DNA of 64,000 bases from assembly GCF_004010195.1 (NCBI RefSeq), contig NC_057756.1, positions 839,805-903,804 on the forward strand. The letters run 5' to 3'. This DNA is from Chiloscyllium plagiosum. Taxonomy: Eukaryota. The position numbers were made by a program, and so were the translations under genes. The notes beneath the pieces are model-generated. The model was given only the letters and a program-made list of their open reading frames with translations, searched no databases and was not told the origin of the DNA. Of this stretch, positions 12,748 through 25,399 are shown piece by piece; the stretch's first letter is position 1, and each line of letters starts with the position of its first letter.

Positions 12748-15218
12748 GTTGTTACTTCACATTTAACTTTGTGTGAATGAGTGACACACTTAATGTGATA
12801 ACTGATACATCCTGCATTTGCAGTTCAATTTATGTTAGTCCATATTAATGGTTTCGTTGAAACAACAAAAAAGAGGTGACAAGCGATATGCATACGAGAT
12901 GTGTCCGTATTGTTTAATATAAGTTATATGTAAATTTCCAGATATAGCGATGTTGGCATTTTTGAAGATTGGCGTCTTGCATTCCAATTTACATGGCAAT
13001 AAATGAGAGGTTATAACAATGAAAACTTTTGTCTAATGCAATTTATGAATAGCTGGGAAAGTGATGGCGGTTTTCCCATCAATATAAAAAAGTCTTACTT
13101 GTCCTGATGCGTCCATCAGTGAAAAATGGCAAGAAATATACTCATCACTGTGCGGATCACAGTCTGTATTATCTGACTCTTGCTACCATATTGGAAGAGT
13201 TAAATTGTTTAAAAGTCCCAGAACAAATTTGATCAGAACTAAGAAAAGGTGTGTGCACAAGGTAAGTGAAGTAATAATGAGCAGCCAGATGATGGTGAAA
13301 GGGTGACAGTTGGTGACGTAAGTAGAGTGACAACTCCATGAGCATTCAATGGTAGGTAAGTGCATCAGTGCACAAAATAGACCGGATTAAAACATGTGCA
13401 AAGATCCAATCTGATACATGGATATCAGTCATTTTTTTTCCCGATCAGTCATTCCCACCATCCTCACACCCCCTGTCACCCACCACCTGTCAGCCAATAA
13501 GCAGTGTGGATTTTGGGGCTTGTGTTAAGCATTAATTTGATACCAATGTATCAGTATGTATTAGTTAATTGCTGAAAGAAATTATGCAACCCTAACAATT
13601 GGGAATTATTCACTGATATGAGAGAACATCAGGGTGTCCACATGGGATGATTTAACCTCTCTACATTGGTAGGGATCGTATCCTTCTCCCTAATCAACGT
13701 GTTAAAATACTAGTCCCTTGATCTTCCTCCTCTGCTTCTTCTGATCTCTCTTCCATCTGCCTATTTAGGCCTGTTCAATGTGTACTCTTCTCTGCAGTCT
13801 GCCCGATTCGAAGCACAGATTACTAAGTCTATTTAATAAGAATTTAGCAGAAAGAATTCCTTCCTGCCCACCATCACTGATTGTTTCATCACATTGCTAA
13901 ACCAGGTCATTTTCTCTGTGCCAAAGAAAAAAATGCCTGAACTATTTTGGTCAGTGGCCTAATTGTGACAGTCACTCATGAGTCTGGACGACAGTTGTAA
14001 TCTCTTCTCCCTTCAAATGAGAGAGAGATTTTGTTTTCTTTAAGACAAAACCTTGTAACTTTTGAAACCAATCTACTGATAGTAAGGTGCATTCAATGCC
14101 AGTAAAACTGTTGACACCAGCTCAAAGTATATCACAAATTCCATATTTCTTGGATTTCTTCATTTTGTTCCAATGCAATAGAATTGCACAAACCCAATTT
14201 CTCCTACAATGTTCGTTAAATACAATCTCAAGCTACACTGTAAATATCGAAAATCTCAGGTTTTATGTATCGAATCTTCAACAACTGAATACAGTAAAAT
14301 CACTTTTAGTTCCCTGATATAGCTTTTTCATAAATTAATAAAAAGAAAAGGTCCCAAAAGCAGGTGATGCGGAGTTTCAAATTCCCCTGGGAACCAACTG
14401 CATCTTGCAATCTACATGGTTCATACAAAAAAAAATGTAATCCAAGTTTCATGAAATACGAACTGAGAATTCGAACATCTGCCTCATTATTTAACCACAT
14501 GAATTTATCATCAAATCCACGAACTTCAGCTCACGCAATTGTCTATAAGACATAGTTATGGAAATATGTCAAAATGTGCAAGGAACCGACGTATGAGTAA
14601 ATTACGTACAATTGTATCACGTTTAGATGTTCCAGAAAATGTCATGTGGTGCTAATGATCGATACTCATTTAGAAACACCGTATGAGGCTAACTCTACCT
14701 TAATTCGTGTAACTTTCTTCCTCAAGACAACATTGCCATACTTGCACGGGGAAAATCGGCCCAGATGACATATGCACTGACTATTCCTAATCATTTGAAA
14801 TGTTTGGACAAGTTTTATCCTGTCTTTGGAAATTAGAGGTTTCAGTCTGATAAATGTATTTAAAAATGCAACTTTGTTGATATTGTAGTTTAAGATCAAT
14901 ATGAATTAATGCAGATTTCGAGGACATGTGTACAATAGAGAATGCAGGATATGAATTGTCGCAAGAGCATGGAGAATGTCCAACTTACTCCAAAGCATTT
15001 GCTGTGCACGTCACTCATAACGAAAGCCAAAGGAAAAAATATCAGGGATCGAGTTGGATTTAAGCTATAGCCACAGAATTAATAGAGCAAGATGGAAGGA
15101 AAAGGATAGTGTGGATCAGATAATATTTCGGATGGCTTTTGATGTTTTAACAATTGGGGGAGATGACAATTCATTTCGTTAAAACATAAATATTTAACAC
15201 GGCTTCACAATATTGCAG

Positions 15219-15254
15219 AACTGGAGAAATGCCAAGAAGCTTTGAAAGAAGCAG
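15219..15254 (+). CDS. Micro-exon (36 nt, phase 1-1): ELEKCQEALKEA
   Basis: cttcacaatattgcag|AACTGGAGAAATGCCAAGAAGCTTTGAAAGAAGCAG|gtgagt (perfect donor). Confidence 0.88.
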
Positions 15255-15280
15255 GTGAGTATCTCCATTGCTATCTATTG

Positions 15281-15728
15281 AGATTGAAAGACTGGAGCGA
15301 CTGGGCTTGTATACCCTTGAGCTTAGAAGACTGAGAGGGGATCTGATTGAGACATATAAGATTATTAAAGGACTGGACACTCTGGAGGCAGGAAACATGT
15401 TTCCACTGATGGGTGAGTGCCGAACAAGAGGACACAGCTTACAAATATGGGGTAGATCATTTAGGACAGAGATGAGGAGAAACGTCTTCACCAAGAGAGT
15501 GGTGGCTGTGTGGAATGCTCTGCCCCAGAGGGCAGTGGAGGCCCAGTCTCTGGATTTATTTAAGAAAGAGTTGGATAGGCCTCTCAAGGATAGTGGAATC
15601 AAGGGTTATGGAGATAAGGCAGGAACAGGATACTGATTGAGGATGATCAGCCATGATCATATTGAATGGTGGTGTAAGCTCGAAGGGCAGAATGGCCTAC
15701 TCCTGCACCTATTGTCTATTGTCTATTG
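15281..15728 (+). mobile_element. Young-looking 5'-truncated CR1 3' end
   Basis: Uninterrupted frame ERLERLGLYTLELRRLRGDLIETYKI...WNALP...FKKELD, then a 3' UTR and a ctattgt-repeat tail. Confidence 0.92.
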
Positions 15729-15817
15729 TTGTTGCAACAGCTGAAAAGTTAAGTTTATAATATCAAGCCTGAACAATACAATAAGGAACCAGACTTCCAT
15801 TTAAAAAAAAATGATAG

Positions 15818-16793
15818 AAATCACGCAAAACGAGGTTATAATCCAACAGATTTATTTTAGAGGCACTAGTTTTCGAATCGCTGCTTCTTCATCAAGTTGT
15901 TGTGGAGCAGAATCATAAGACACAGGAGTTGTAGCAACAAGATTGCAGGGTAATGGAATGTAATGCTAAACAAATTTAGATTACGTCTTTCATCTTTTAG
16001 AAAGATAATTTCAGTTTTGGTTCTTTCATGTGTAAATCCCAGAACTTTCTTAAAGTTACATTCTCAAGATATCTTTAACACCAGGTGCCATCACAGCTTA
16101 GATAATCCATTGAAGGTGTGAACTAAAGGTCCGTCTGTGTCCTGGTGTACAGAACCTTACATGGATTTATGCAGTTTTGAAGCAAAATAAAATGTAATTC
16201 TGCAAGTACAAATTCACCACATAAACCTATGTGTTTATGCATGCAGGTTAGACCGAGAATGTGTGTGCACATGAGGCTGTGAGCGCCTGGGAGGGTGTGT
16301 TTCCAGGTGTACGTGTGTGAATGTAATCGGGTAGAAGTCTGTGAGAGGGTGCGTGTGTGGGTGTGAGTGTGGGGAATGCATGCATGAGCCTATGAGAGAC
16401 AGCTTGTGTATGAGAGAGGGTCTGCGTGAATGTGTGGGTCTGTAGGAGTGTGTGTGTGCGAGAGACAGAGAGCGAGAGAGCGAGTGCATAATGCAGTGGG
16501 GTCACCTGTAGTTTGACGTGAATCCAAGGTCCCAGTTATGGCCATCCCCATGGGTACCAAACTTGGTTATCAGCCTCTGCTCGGCCATATTGCATTGTTG
16601 CCTGTCCCGAAGCCGACCTTGGAGGATTGTCCCCAAAGGACCAAAGCCAAATGTCCCGGACTAGGAGGGATCACTCCAGGCTGGTGATTGCTTTGTGGTG
16701 TTCATTCATCCATGACCAGAGCCTCTGCCTAGTCTCGCCAATGTACCATGCTTCTGGTCATCCTTGTCTGCAGTGTATGCGATAGGAAACGTT
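15818..16793 (-). mobile_element. Penelope-like element 3' part: GIY-YIG endonuclease, CA/CT-rich tract and terminal repeat
   Basis: The minus strand near 16735-16796 reads ANVSYRIHCRQG*PEAWYIGET (GIY-YIG). The terminal repeat at 15818-15900 matches those at 44381 and 50075. Confidence 0.8.
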
Positions 16794-16947
16794 GGCGGCA
16801 CGGGGGCTCAGTGGTTCGCACTGCTGCCTCACTATACCAGGTCCCCAGGTTCAATTCCAGCCTCGGGCGACTGTCTGAGTGGAGTTCGCACATTTTCCCT
16901 CTATGTGTATGGGTATCATTTGGTTGCTCCGATTTCCTCCCACAGTC
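16794..16947 (+). mobile_element. HE1-like SINE, 5' half
   Basis: ggcggcacgggggctcagtggttcgcactgctgcctcac...ggttcaattccagcctcgggcgactgtctg with Pol III A and B boxes. Confidence 0.85.
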
Positions 16948-16969
16948 GATTTTGGCCAACATTGTCTAG

Positions 16970-17075
16970 AAAAGCTTTGACAAAGGGCCAGTTAGACTCG
17001 AAACGTCAGCTCTTTTCTCTCCTTACAGAAGCTGCCAGACCTGTTGAGATTTTCCAGCATTTTCTCTTTTGGTTC
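16970..17075 (+). repeat. Short Penelope-terminal-type repeat with decayed hammerhead motif
   Basis: ttgacaaagggccagttagactcgaaacgtcagc...gctgccagacctgttgagattttccagca. Confidence 0.65.
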
Positions 17076-17139
17076 TAGAAAAGGATGCTTGCCTGCAATT
17101 TAAATCCTATGACCATAAGGATGACTGTCAAATCAGTTA

Positions 17140-17530
17140 TGTGTTAGTGACAGTTTGCCGTCTAAAGTGGCCAAGTCAGGCATGCAGTGGATTTGTTTGG
17201 ATGATTACACATCCACCAGCACTCAAAAAGCATAGCATAATCCATGGAAAACCAACCTGTTTATTACCGTTACATAAACAATCTGTCATTCCTGCCATTG
17301 AAACTGCATAATCGAAGCAGCAGCCTCTGGACTTCAACTGCAATTCTGACGTGGAGCTATATTGCCATACCTTCCCAAATACAGTGCAAGGAACCCGTTT
17401 CCTACCAGCATACATCGGTGAAATGGACGGCAACTATTCTGAAATGCACTTAACTGCTGCTTTTTCAAGGAAAATTGGGAACAGATAAAAAACGTTGGCC
17501 CAGGTACCGAATCTCAGAATCCAGTATGAT
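17140..17530 (+). mobile_element. Highly decayed 3' part of the same LINE family as 11140-12600
   Basis: ggatgattacacatccaccagcactcaaaaagc... and ttttcaaggaaaattgggaacagataaaaaacgttggcc parallel 12158-12570. Confidence 0.5.
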
Positions 17531-17747
17531 TTTTGTTAGTTTTATAAAATGAATTTTGAGTCACTGTTCCCGCTTCTTGCACCATGAAACGGTTGCACCA
17601 ATTTCCACAGACCATCTCTATGTTTCCAAAGAGCATCGTTATAGCAGCAATCCGGCACCGGTTTTAAAGACACCAAATGGTATCTAGTGATCCCATTTGC
17701 AGTCAAATTACAACACATTGTGGATTCCTGGCATACAACGAGATCGA

Positions 17748-17878
17748 GGGATAGTGAGGACTGCAGATGTTGAAAAGTCAGAGTCGATAAAGGGTACAGT
17801 TAGAAAAAGTACAGCAGGTCAAGCGACATCGGGGGAGCAGAGAAGTTAGCGTTTCAGGTCTGTATCTTTCATCAGGGC
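17748..17878 (-). repeat. Short Penelope-terminal-type repeat (hammerhead-like)
   Basis: The minus strand reads ctgatgaaagatacagacctgaaacgcta...ctgcagtcctcact, the same family as 24800-24919. Confidence 0.65.
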
Positions 17879-18256
17879 TCAATCAACAAGAGATCTATCA
17901 TCTCATCTCATGTATCCGACCTTGTTGCATTGGCAGTTCAAATATTTTCTCTTTTAAGGTCATATTGTTGAAACTTGCATTCTAAAATCTTTCAAATATT
18001 GATGTTGAATTTCTAAAATCCAGCCTTCACTCGGCTGTTCTGCAAATGACAATAATTCACAGTACAACCAACATTTCTTATGGCCCATGTGCTTGTTTTG
18101 GCAATCACGGAAAGTTATACATTTTGTGTACCATTCTTTTCCACAGCACAATGACTTTAGTATGCACACACACAAACAAGCACATATGTGATTTTTTTGG
18201 AAAAAAAAACTGTCAGCACGTTAGGCAGTATCTGTGGAGAGAAGCAGGGTTGATGT

Positions 18257-18995
18257 TGTTACGATACTGCGGTGAACTCATCTGTTAGTGAAACCAAACA
18301 CTCCGAAAATCTCACATCGGATCGTAATCTGAGTGACAGAGAACTCCCAAAATCCTGTGTTGAAAGAAAATAATATAAACGTATTCTTAAATTATAACGT
18401 GAACATTAAGCAACAACTCTAAGCCCCCTTTCTCTTAACTACTTATTATCTGCCTTCAACTCTGTAAGTATTTTACTGTTCCAGGAAAACACTTATTAAA
18501 ATTACATGAAATTAATTTCAAAACCATACAGTAACTGTCTTTCTTCTTCCAGCTAAAGAACTCCCTGGGTCGTCTTCTGTCTTTTTACTGTGAAGATGTC
18601 TCAATTGAAAACGTATCTTTGATAGAGAGTGTTTCAATGGCAGTTACTTTCTTCATGGCAGTTACACTGCCTAACATTCAAACTGCCAGCTTTTTTATCG
18701 GCCAGCATTGGATCTCCCTAACATTGCTTCGAGGTTAGCCAAACAATGAATTCAATTTCGACTGGGTTTTAGTATCCTAAGGCATAATTGAAACTGATTA
18801 GTTAAATTCGAATTATTGTCGAAACAGTGACAGACTCAGGTATGTATTTCACACCTAAATGTTATGTATTTTCAATTTTTTTCCGTACACTCTGAGACTA
18901 CCAATTATTCATATGCCAGGTGCTTGTAAACTTTTAGTTCAGAACAGCATTTACTCTCTCTTAATCGTACAGTCCACGCCTTCCACTTCATGACA
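18257..18995 (-). repeat. 3' LTR of the Gmr1-type element
   Basis: Colinear with 23673-25241 (shared blocks aaattaatttcaaaacca, tgtctttcttcttccagct, ttcagaacagcatttactctctct); PPT at 18996-19005. Confidence 0.88.
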
Positions 18996-21900
18996 CCTCC
19001 CCCTTAATAAAACAAACTATCTTAGCAAAAAGATGGATTCTTTTCTTCTAATTCTTAATCACATTACAATAAATTACACTGGTCATTAATATAAGTTCAT
19101 GTTAATTTCGCCACACACACATTTATATATTAAATATATTATATAAGATATATACATATATAGCATTTGCATCTATTCAATCTAATCTATACTTTATCCT
19201 TTAAATCCTCAATAACACATCTGCTATCACATTCTTACAAACAACATGTACAATTTGAACATTAAGATTCTGTAACATAAGACTCAAATGAAATAGTCTC
19301 ATATACTTGGCTAAGATCATTTTAAGAAGTTAAGAGGTTTGTGATCTTTGCACATCAAATAAACATTAAAATGTTGCAAGGCCAATAACAAACTCAATAA
19401 TTCATTTTCGATAGTAGAGTATTTTCTCGAGTGGGTGTTGAGTTTCTTTGAAATGAAGAAAAATTGCTGTTCAATTCCATCACCAACTTTCTGGAGCAGT
19501 ACAGGTCAAACTCCTATATCGCTAGTATCAATTGCATCTTTGAAGACTTTCAAAAAGATTGGTGTTGGTAAAACTGGTGCGATAGTTAACACTGCGTTAA
19601 CATTCTCAAATGCCCCCTGGCATTTCTCTATCGACTTACACTTTGTGTTCTTTTTCAGTATATCTGTTAGCCATGCCACCAAGCTGCTGAATTTTGCAAC
19701 AAACTTCTGCTAGAATCCCTTTTGTATCAAAAATGGAAACATCACTTTCTGAAAGGATGGCCATGGAAACTCTTCGATGACCTTCGTCTTGGTTTTCCTT
19801 GGTGTTAATCTTTCATGAACGACGTTATTTCACAATAGCTTATCCACTACCTTTGTGCATTCTGTTTCCTTTAAGTTTATTATGTGTTTCACTTCTCATA
19901 ATTGTTCAGAGAGTTCTACCAACTCTCATGTGATCTTTTCACAACTCGCTGAAGATCACTACATCACTAAACTGCACAATTTGTTTATCAAAAGACCGGC
20001 CTGTTCATGAGTCTTTGGCATGCGGCTAGTTCGTTCTTCATTCCAAAGGGCATCACTTTGAATTAATATAGATCATTTGTGGTTACTAATGCAAAAACTC
20101 ATTTCTCCTTCTCTGATAAAGGTACCTGCCTATAACCATACATTAAGTCCAACTTTGTGATGCACGTGGCTTGTCCAAATTCCTTTATACAGTCCTCCAA
20201 TCTTGCTGTTGGGCATGGGTCCGATTTTGATGCAGCATTGACCTTACAATAGTCCACACAAAATCGGTGAGTCCAGTCAGGTTTGGATACTAACATGGGC
20301 GGTGAACTCCACTCACTCTGACTCGGTTCAGTGATACGTTCTTTCAACATTACTTCCTTCTGGACCTGTGTGGCTTTGAAAGGATTAAGACTGTAGTGGT
20401 ATTGTTTTCTCAGAAAAGCACTCCCTACTTCCACCTCATGCACAACCATATTATTTCTCATCACCTTATTCCTGCATATGTCCTCATACTACTGCAACAA
20501 ACCTTTCAACTGGATTATTTGTTCTTGAGACAAGTAGTTCACGAACCTGTCCAAATACTCAAGGACTTCCTCATTGCTAACGTATTTTGAGGTACATCAA
20601 ACCTCAAAACAATTGGATTTGATTTCTAACTCTGCGGAGCAGTAACTAGATCATTTACATGACTCAACTTTTTCTCAATTTAAAGGCACTACTAAACCTG
20701 GCTTTGACGGAATCTCCAACCACTAGTAACAAAACTAATTCACCACCCCCAGGAAAACGTCTGAATTTCAGAGGATTTTCTTTCATCTTGCACCTGCTTC
20801 GATCTATGCTGTGCCCTTTTCAGCTGCTGTTCAGCTAACTCACCTATCGATTAAATCTCTCCCTCACCTCAGGTACATAATCTAACTGTGAGATCTTCGA
20901 AATTTGTTCTTCAATTCCTCTTCATTAATTTTAAAGGCCCTCTCACTTCACATCCGAATATTAACTCAAAGGGAGTAAACCAAGTGGATTCGTTTGGGGC
21001 ATCTCAAATGGTGAACATTATGAATGGCATACTTTAATCCTAATTATTCGGGTCATCCTGACGGTACACTCTTAACATGGTCTTCAGGTTCTGATACCAC
21101 CTTTCTAAAGCTATGTGCGATTCAGGACGATATGCACTTGATTTAAAATGCTGTGTGCCTAAGCTATCCATGACTTATCTAAATAGCCCACCAGTAAAAT
21201 TAGACCCTTGGTCTCACTGAATCTCACTGTGTAGCTGATACCACATAAAGAAAGCTACTAACACCACTATTACCCTTTTTGCTGGTAGTGGAATTGCCTC
21301 TGGAAATCTGGTGGACTCACCCATTATGTTGAGCAAGTGCTGGTTTCCACATTTAATTTTACATAGGGAACCTACAAAATCGATCATAAATCGCGCGAGA
21401 GGTTCTTCGAATGCAGAAATTGGCAACAAAGACGCTGGGTTTATTAGTGCCTTTGGTGTACCTATCATTTGGCATGCATGACTTGTACGGCAAAAGTTAA
21501 CCACACCCTGGTGCAGTCCAGTCAAATAGAAATAATTTTGAAGCTTTGCCTGACTCTTTGTTACACCGAGTGACCGGCTACCGGAAATTCGGGTGCTACC
21601 CATCACATCCCTGATTGTATGCGACAAGCAACACAATCTGAAGGGCATCTGCCTATTTCTTCTCTGCACTAGCCTACTGCGGTCTGTATTTCTTAGGATC
21701 CTATATTTAAGATAATAACCCTCAGGAATACATTCTGATTCCTTTTCTGAGTTTGCATTAATCTACATATATCATTATTGTCTCGTCTTTCTGTTGTGAT
21801 CCATTCACCTTTCAGGATTAAACACTTCTGCCTAACCTTTTCCTGCTCAGGTTTTTCGTGCATTATTAAACAGGGTGCCCGTTAACTGAAGCTCAAATCC

Positions 21901-23672
21901 TTTGTCTTTCTCTTTAGTTTTTGCTTCGTGCTGTGACATACGGTCTTGAATCTTATTACTACACTGTCTGGAAATATTTTAGGGTATTTTTCTTTTAACT
22001 CTTCAGTTCCCTGGTCTTCCTATGGCTTCTCCACAGCAAGGGGCGTCACTCCCACCTTGGATCCTGCTAAAACGTTCCCAAGAGCAAACTATGTTCCTGG
22101 AAATGTAACTCTATCAATTACTCCCACTTTTACTTCTCCAGTCTTGAGTTGGCACTCCAACCGGATCTTACCAGTAGAACGCTAAATCTCTGACCATCTG
22201 TCTCACAAATTGCCACTCACCGATAACAGCTCAGAAAGAGTACAAATATGTTAAACACTTACTATTAGAAACTAATTACATCCCGTATATCTCAAAATTA
22301 TAATCTATACCCCATCTTCCCCATTCTTTCTTAGTAAAGTGTACCTACAGGGGTGAAGTCGTGATAGAGATCAGGCACTAACTCCATACCCGGGCTCTGC
22401 CGAGGCCGTGCACTCCCTGGCAGCTCCTCGACTTTTCTTCGGGCTTCCTTTACCACTTTCACTTATGGCACTGGCTTAGCCTATTTTACCTGAGCGTATT
22501 CCATAGTGTGTTTCTTTAACAACAGGCACCGTGACTTTACGTGTCCCACATTAAAACAGTGGAAACAACCATGAGGACCTTCATTTACTTTTCACCCTTT
22601 TAGGCTTCTTCTTGAACCCGTGGTAAACTACTGCCAGTGTGCTTTAGTCTTTTGTTTTAGTCCCAACTTCTATTCCTCACAGGATGAAATTCTTGCCAGA
22701 AGCTGATATTTGCTTTATGAACTATTGCATATCCATCTGACGCCTCTGCTATTTTTCTCACTTCTTGAAGTTTTTGTTCAGCCACATGGGTTCTTATCAC
22801 CTCTGTAAGAGAGATTTTAAACTCATCCAGCAGAATCATCTTTCTTAGAGCCTCACAGATCTTACCTATTTTTAGGGCCTGCACGCATTTCTCAAATGAC
22901 TGTGTTTAATTCTTTTGAACATAACACACGTCTGACCTCATTCCTTCTTTATGTTTCTGAACAGGTGTCTATACAATTCTAGTACTAGTTCATATGCACT
23001 CAAAATGCCTTGTGTGACAGCTGCATAACCGTTTCACCCATCATATGACAACGCTGAAAATATCTCCCTATTTCTGTCTACCAGTTTAATCTGATCTAGC
23101 ATTACGCACAAGTTCTCTAAACACCCCATATACCTAGCCAATTTTACAAATGCAATAAAGAAGGCTTCAACATCTTTCTCATCAAATTGTGGCAATATTT
23201 TAACATATTTGTATACATCACTGCCTTCTCTCTTCATCTCCATCGTGTTAACTTCATTTCCTGACTAATGCACAACTTCTGGAGTTCAAATGCTTCCTCC
23301 CTTTCTCTTTCTCCATCCTCTCTCTTTCGCTTTGCTCAGCTAAGAACCTTCTCTCTTTTTCTTCTCTCAATCTTACTCTTTCTTCTCTGTCTTTCTCTCT
23401 CTCTTTCATTCTCTCTCTTTCTTGCTCTCCTTTTTTCTCTCTCCGCTTTCTCTCTGTCTTTCTTCTCTTGTGGCGCTATTTTTCCCTTTCTTTATATTCT
23501 TACTCCATTTGCCTCAAGTATAATTTACGTTTTTTAGTAAAGTTGTAGAACACTAATCGGCAAGTGCTTAAATCTGCTGGGATATATCGTACCCGAAATC
23601 TGTACAAATCTGTCCAAATCTCTAACTGGATCTGTCTACATCTGTCCAAACAACGGACATGAGTCACCATGC

Positions 23673-25241
23673 TGCTACGGCATGGCAGTGAACCCCAAAG
23701 TTAATTATACCAAACAATATACTGTTCCAATAAAGCTGTCATTGAAATTACATCAAATTAATTTCAAAACCATGCACTGGCCGTCTTCGTTGGTGTCTTT
23801 CTTCTTCCAGCTGTGGATTTTCCTGGGTCGTCTTCTTTCTTTGTACTATGAAGATGTTTCGTATTAAAACGTACCTTTGATAAGAGAGTATTTCTTTGGC
23901 GATTACTTTCTCAACGACAGTTACTGTTGCTGACTTTCAAAATCAAAGAATGTGGTGCTGAAAAAGCAAACCCGGTCAGGCAACATCCAAGGAGCAGGGC
24001 AGTCAACATTTTTAACATAAGCGTTTTATCAGGAATGAGTGGGTGGCCCAAGAGAGCTGAGAGATAAACTGGAGGTGGTGTTGGGCTGAGGGGAATGCAC
24101 CTGGGAAAGCAATAGGCAGATGAAAGTGGGGTTGAAGCTGATAGGTCTGAGAGGAGGGTGGAGTGGGCAAGTGGGAAGAAAGACGGCTAAGTAGGACATT
24201 TCAAGAGAGCGGTTCTAAGTGGGAAGGTTAGGTCTGGAATTAGGTGGGGTAGGGGAAATGAGGACACTGGTGAAATCCTCATTGCTCCTATATGTTTGAA
24301 GGGTCCCAATACTGAAGAGGAGGCATTCTTCCACCTGACACCTGGTGACTCGAGTTTGGCATTGGTGGAGACACTGGACTTGCATGCCCTTGGTGGAGTT
24401 GGAGGGTGAGTCAAAAGGCAGTTGGCTTGCTTAGTGCGTGTGTTGTAGAGATGTTCAAGACATCTCAGACCTGGAGGAAGAATGCCTCATCTCCACCTTG
24501 AGACTCGATACTTGGAGGAAGAATGCTTCATCTTCTGCCTTGGGACCCTCAAATCACACGGGATCAATGCGGATTTCAAATGTCGCCTCATTTCCTCTCT
24601 CCCCCTTATCCTAGATCCAACCTTCCAAATCAGCAGAGCCCTTTTGAACTGTCCATCTTTCTTCCCACCTATCCACTCCACCCTCCTCTCCGATGTATCA
24701 CCTTTACCCCTACCTTCATCCACCTATCACATTTTCAGCTACCTTTGCCCCATCCACAACCTCCTCCCATTTATCTCTCAGCCCCCTTGGACCACACGAT
24801 CATTCCCGATGAATAGCTAATGCTCGAAACATCGACTCTCCAGGACCTCAGATGCTTCCTGACAGGTGTTCTTTTCCAGTTTGAATCTGATCTCCAGCAC
24901 CTGCAGTCCTCACTTTTTCCTGACTTTCAAAATGCCTGCCTTGTTAATACACCCAGCATGTGACGGTCTCGTTGTGTCAAGATTGACAAAACAATAAATC
25001 CATTTCTAATTTTTATTATCCTGAGGTATAATTTAAGCTGATTGATTACATTTGAATTGTTGTCAAAACAACAACCAACTAAGATATGCATTTCACAGAT
25101 ACATGTTATTAATTTTTAATTTTCCTATTCACCATGAGACTGCTAGTTAGTTATAGGACAGCTGCTTGTAAACTCTCATTTCAGAACAGCATTTACTCTC
25201 TCTCGCTTCAAGGTACAGTACACGCCTTCACACTCATAACA
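23673..25241 (-). repeat. 5' LTR of the Gmr1-type element, interrupted by a Penelope insertion
   Basis: Homologous to 18257-18995 apart from the 23944-24919 insert and a deletion. A decayed PBS (tggtgactcatgtccg) follows it on the minus strand. Confidence 0.85.
23944..24919. mobile_element. Penelope-like insertion with two oppositely oriented 3' fragments and a 14-bp TSD
   Basis: ctgactttcaaaat occurs at 23930-23943 and 24920-24933. The + half encodes RYLEEECFIFCLGTLKSHGINADF (Penelope C-terminus), and terminal repeats point outward at both ends. Confidence 0.85.
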
Positions 25242-25399
25242 ATGCTGCGAGTGCAGTTACTCATCTTCAGAACTTCTTCAGACCTGTATTCAGGTTAACT
25301 AGATCAGTAACATTAACTCTATATTCTCACACCAAATGCAGCCAGACTTGCCTACTTTTGTTTTCCTAAAATGTATGCTTTGCCACAGAAGACTGCTGC

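Larger units (their letters stand above)
18257..25241 (-). mobile_element. Full-length but decayed Gmr1-type Ty3/Gypsy LTR retrotransposon (gag-PR-INT-RT-RH)
   Basis: TG...CA LTRs at 23673-25241 and 18257-18995, with a PPT (aagggggagg) abutting the 3' LTR. Gag LPQFDEKDVEAFF, CCHC knuckle CFHCFNVGHVKSRC (22526-22567), integrase 21214-21669 followed by Q*DQGSNF, RT WSSPPMLVSKPDWTHRFCVDY (20099-20464) and an RNase H remnant near 19300-19600. Confidence 0.92.

Noticed and set aside
13222-13267. Perfect donor AAG|gtaagt at 13262
   Set aside because: No acceptor with a pyrimidine tract at an in-frame distance (the nearest CAGs give 25 or 40 nt).
16235-16505. His/Thr-rich ORFs
   Set aside because: Translation of a degenerate CA/CT microsatellite tract within a Penelope element.
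16794-16866. tRNA-like sequence with A and B boxes
   Set aside because: It continues into SINE body sequence; it is a SINE head, not a tRNA gene.
23268-23537. Hydrophobic Leu/Ser/Phe ORF (similar at 59910-60101)
   Set aside because: Antisense reading of the GA-rich, charged segment of Gypsy gag, not a membrane protein.
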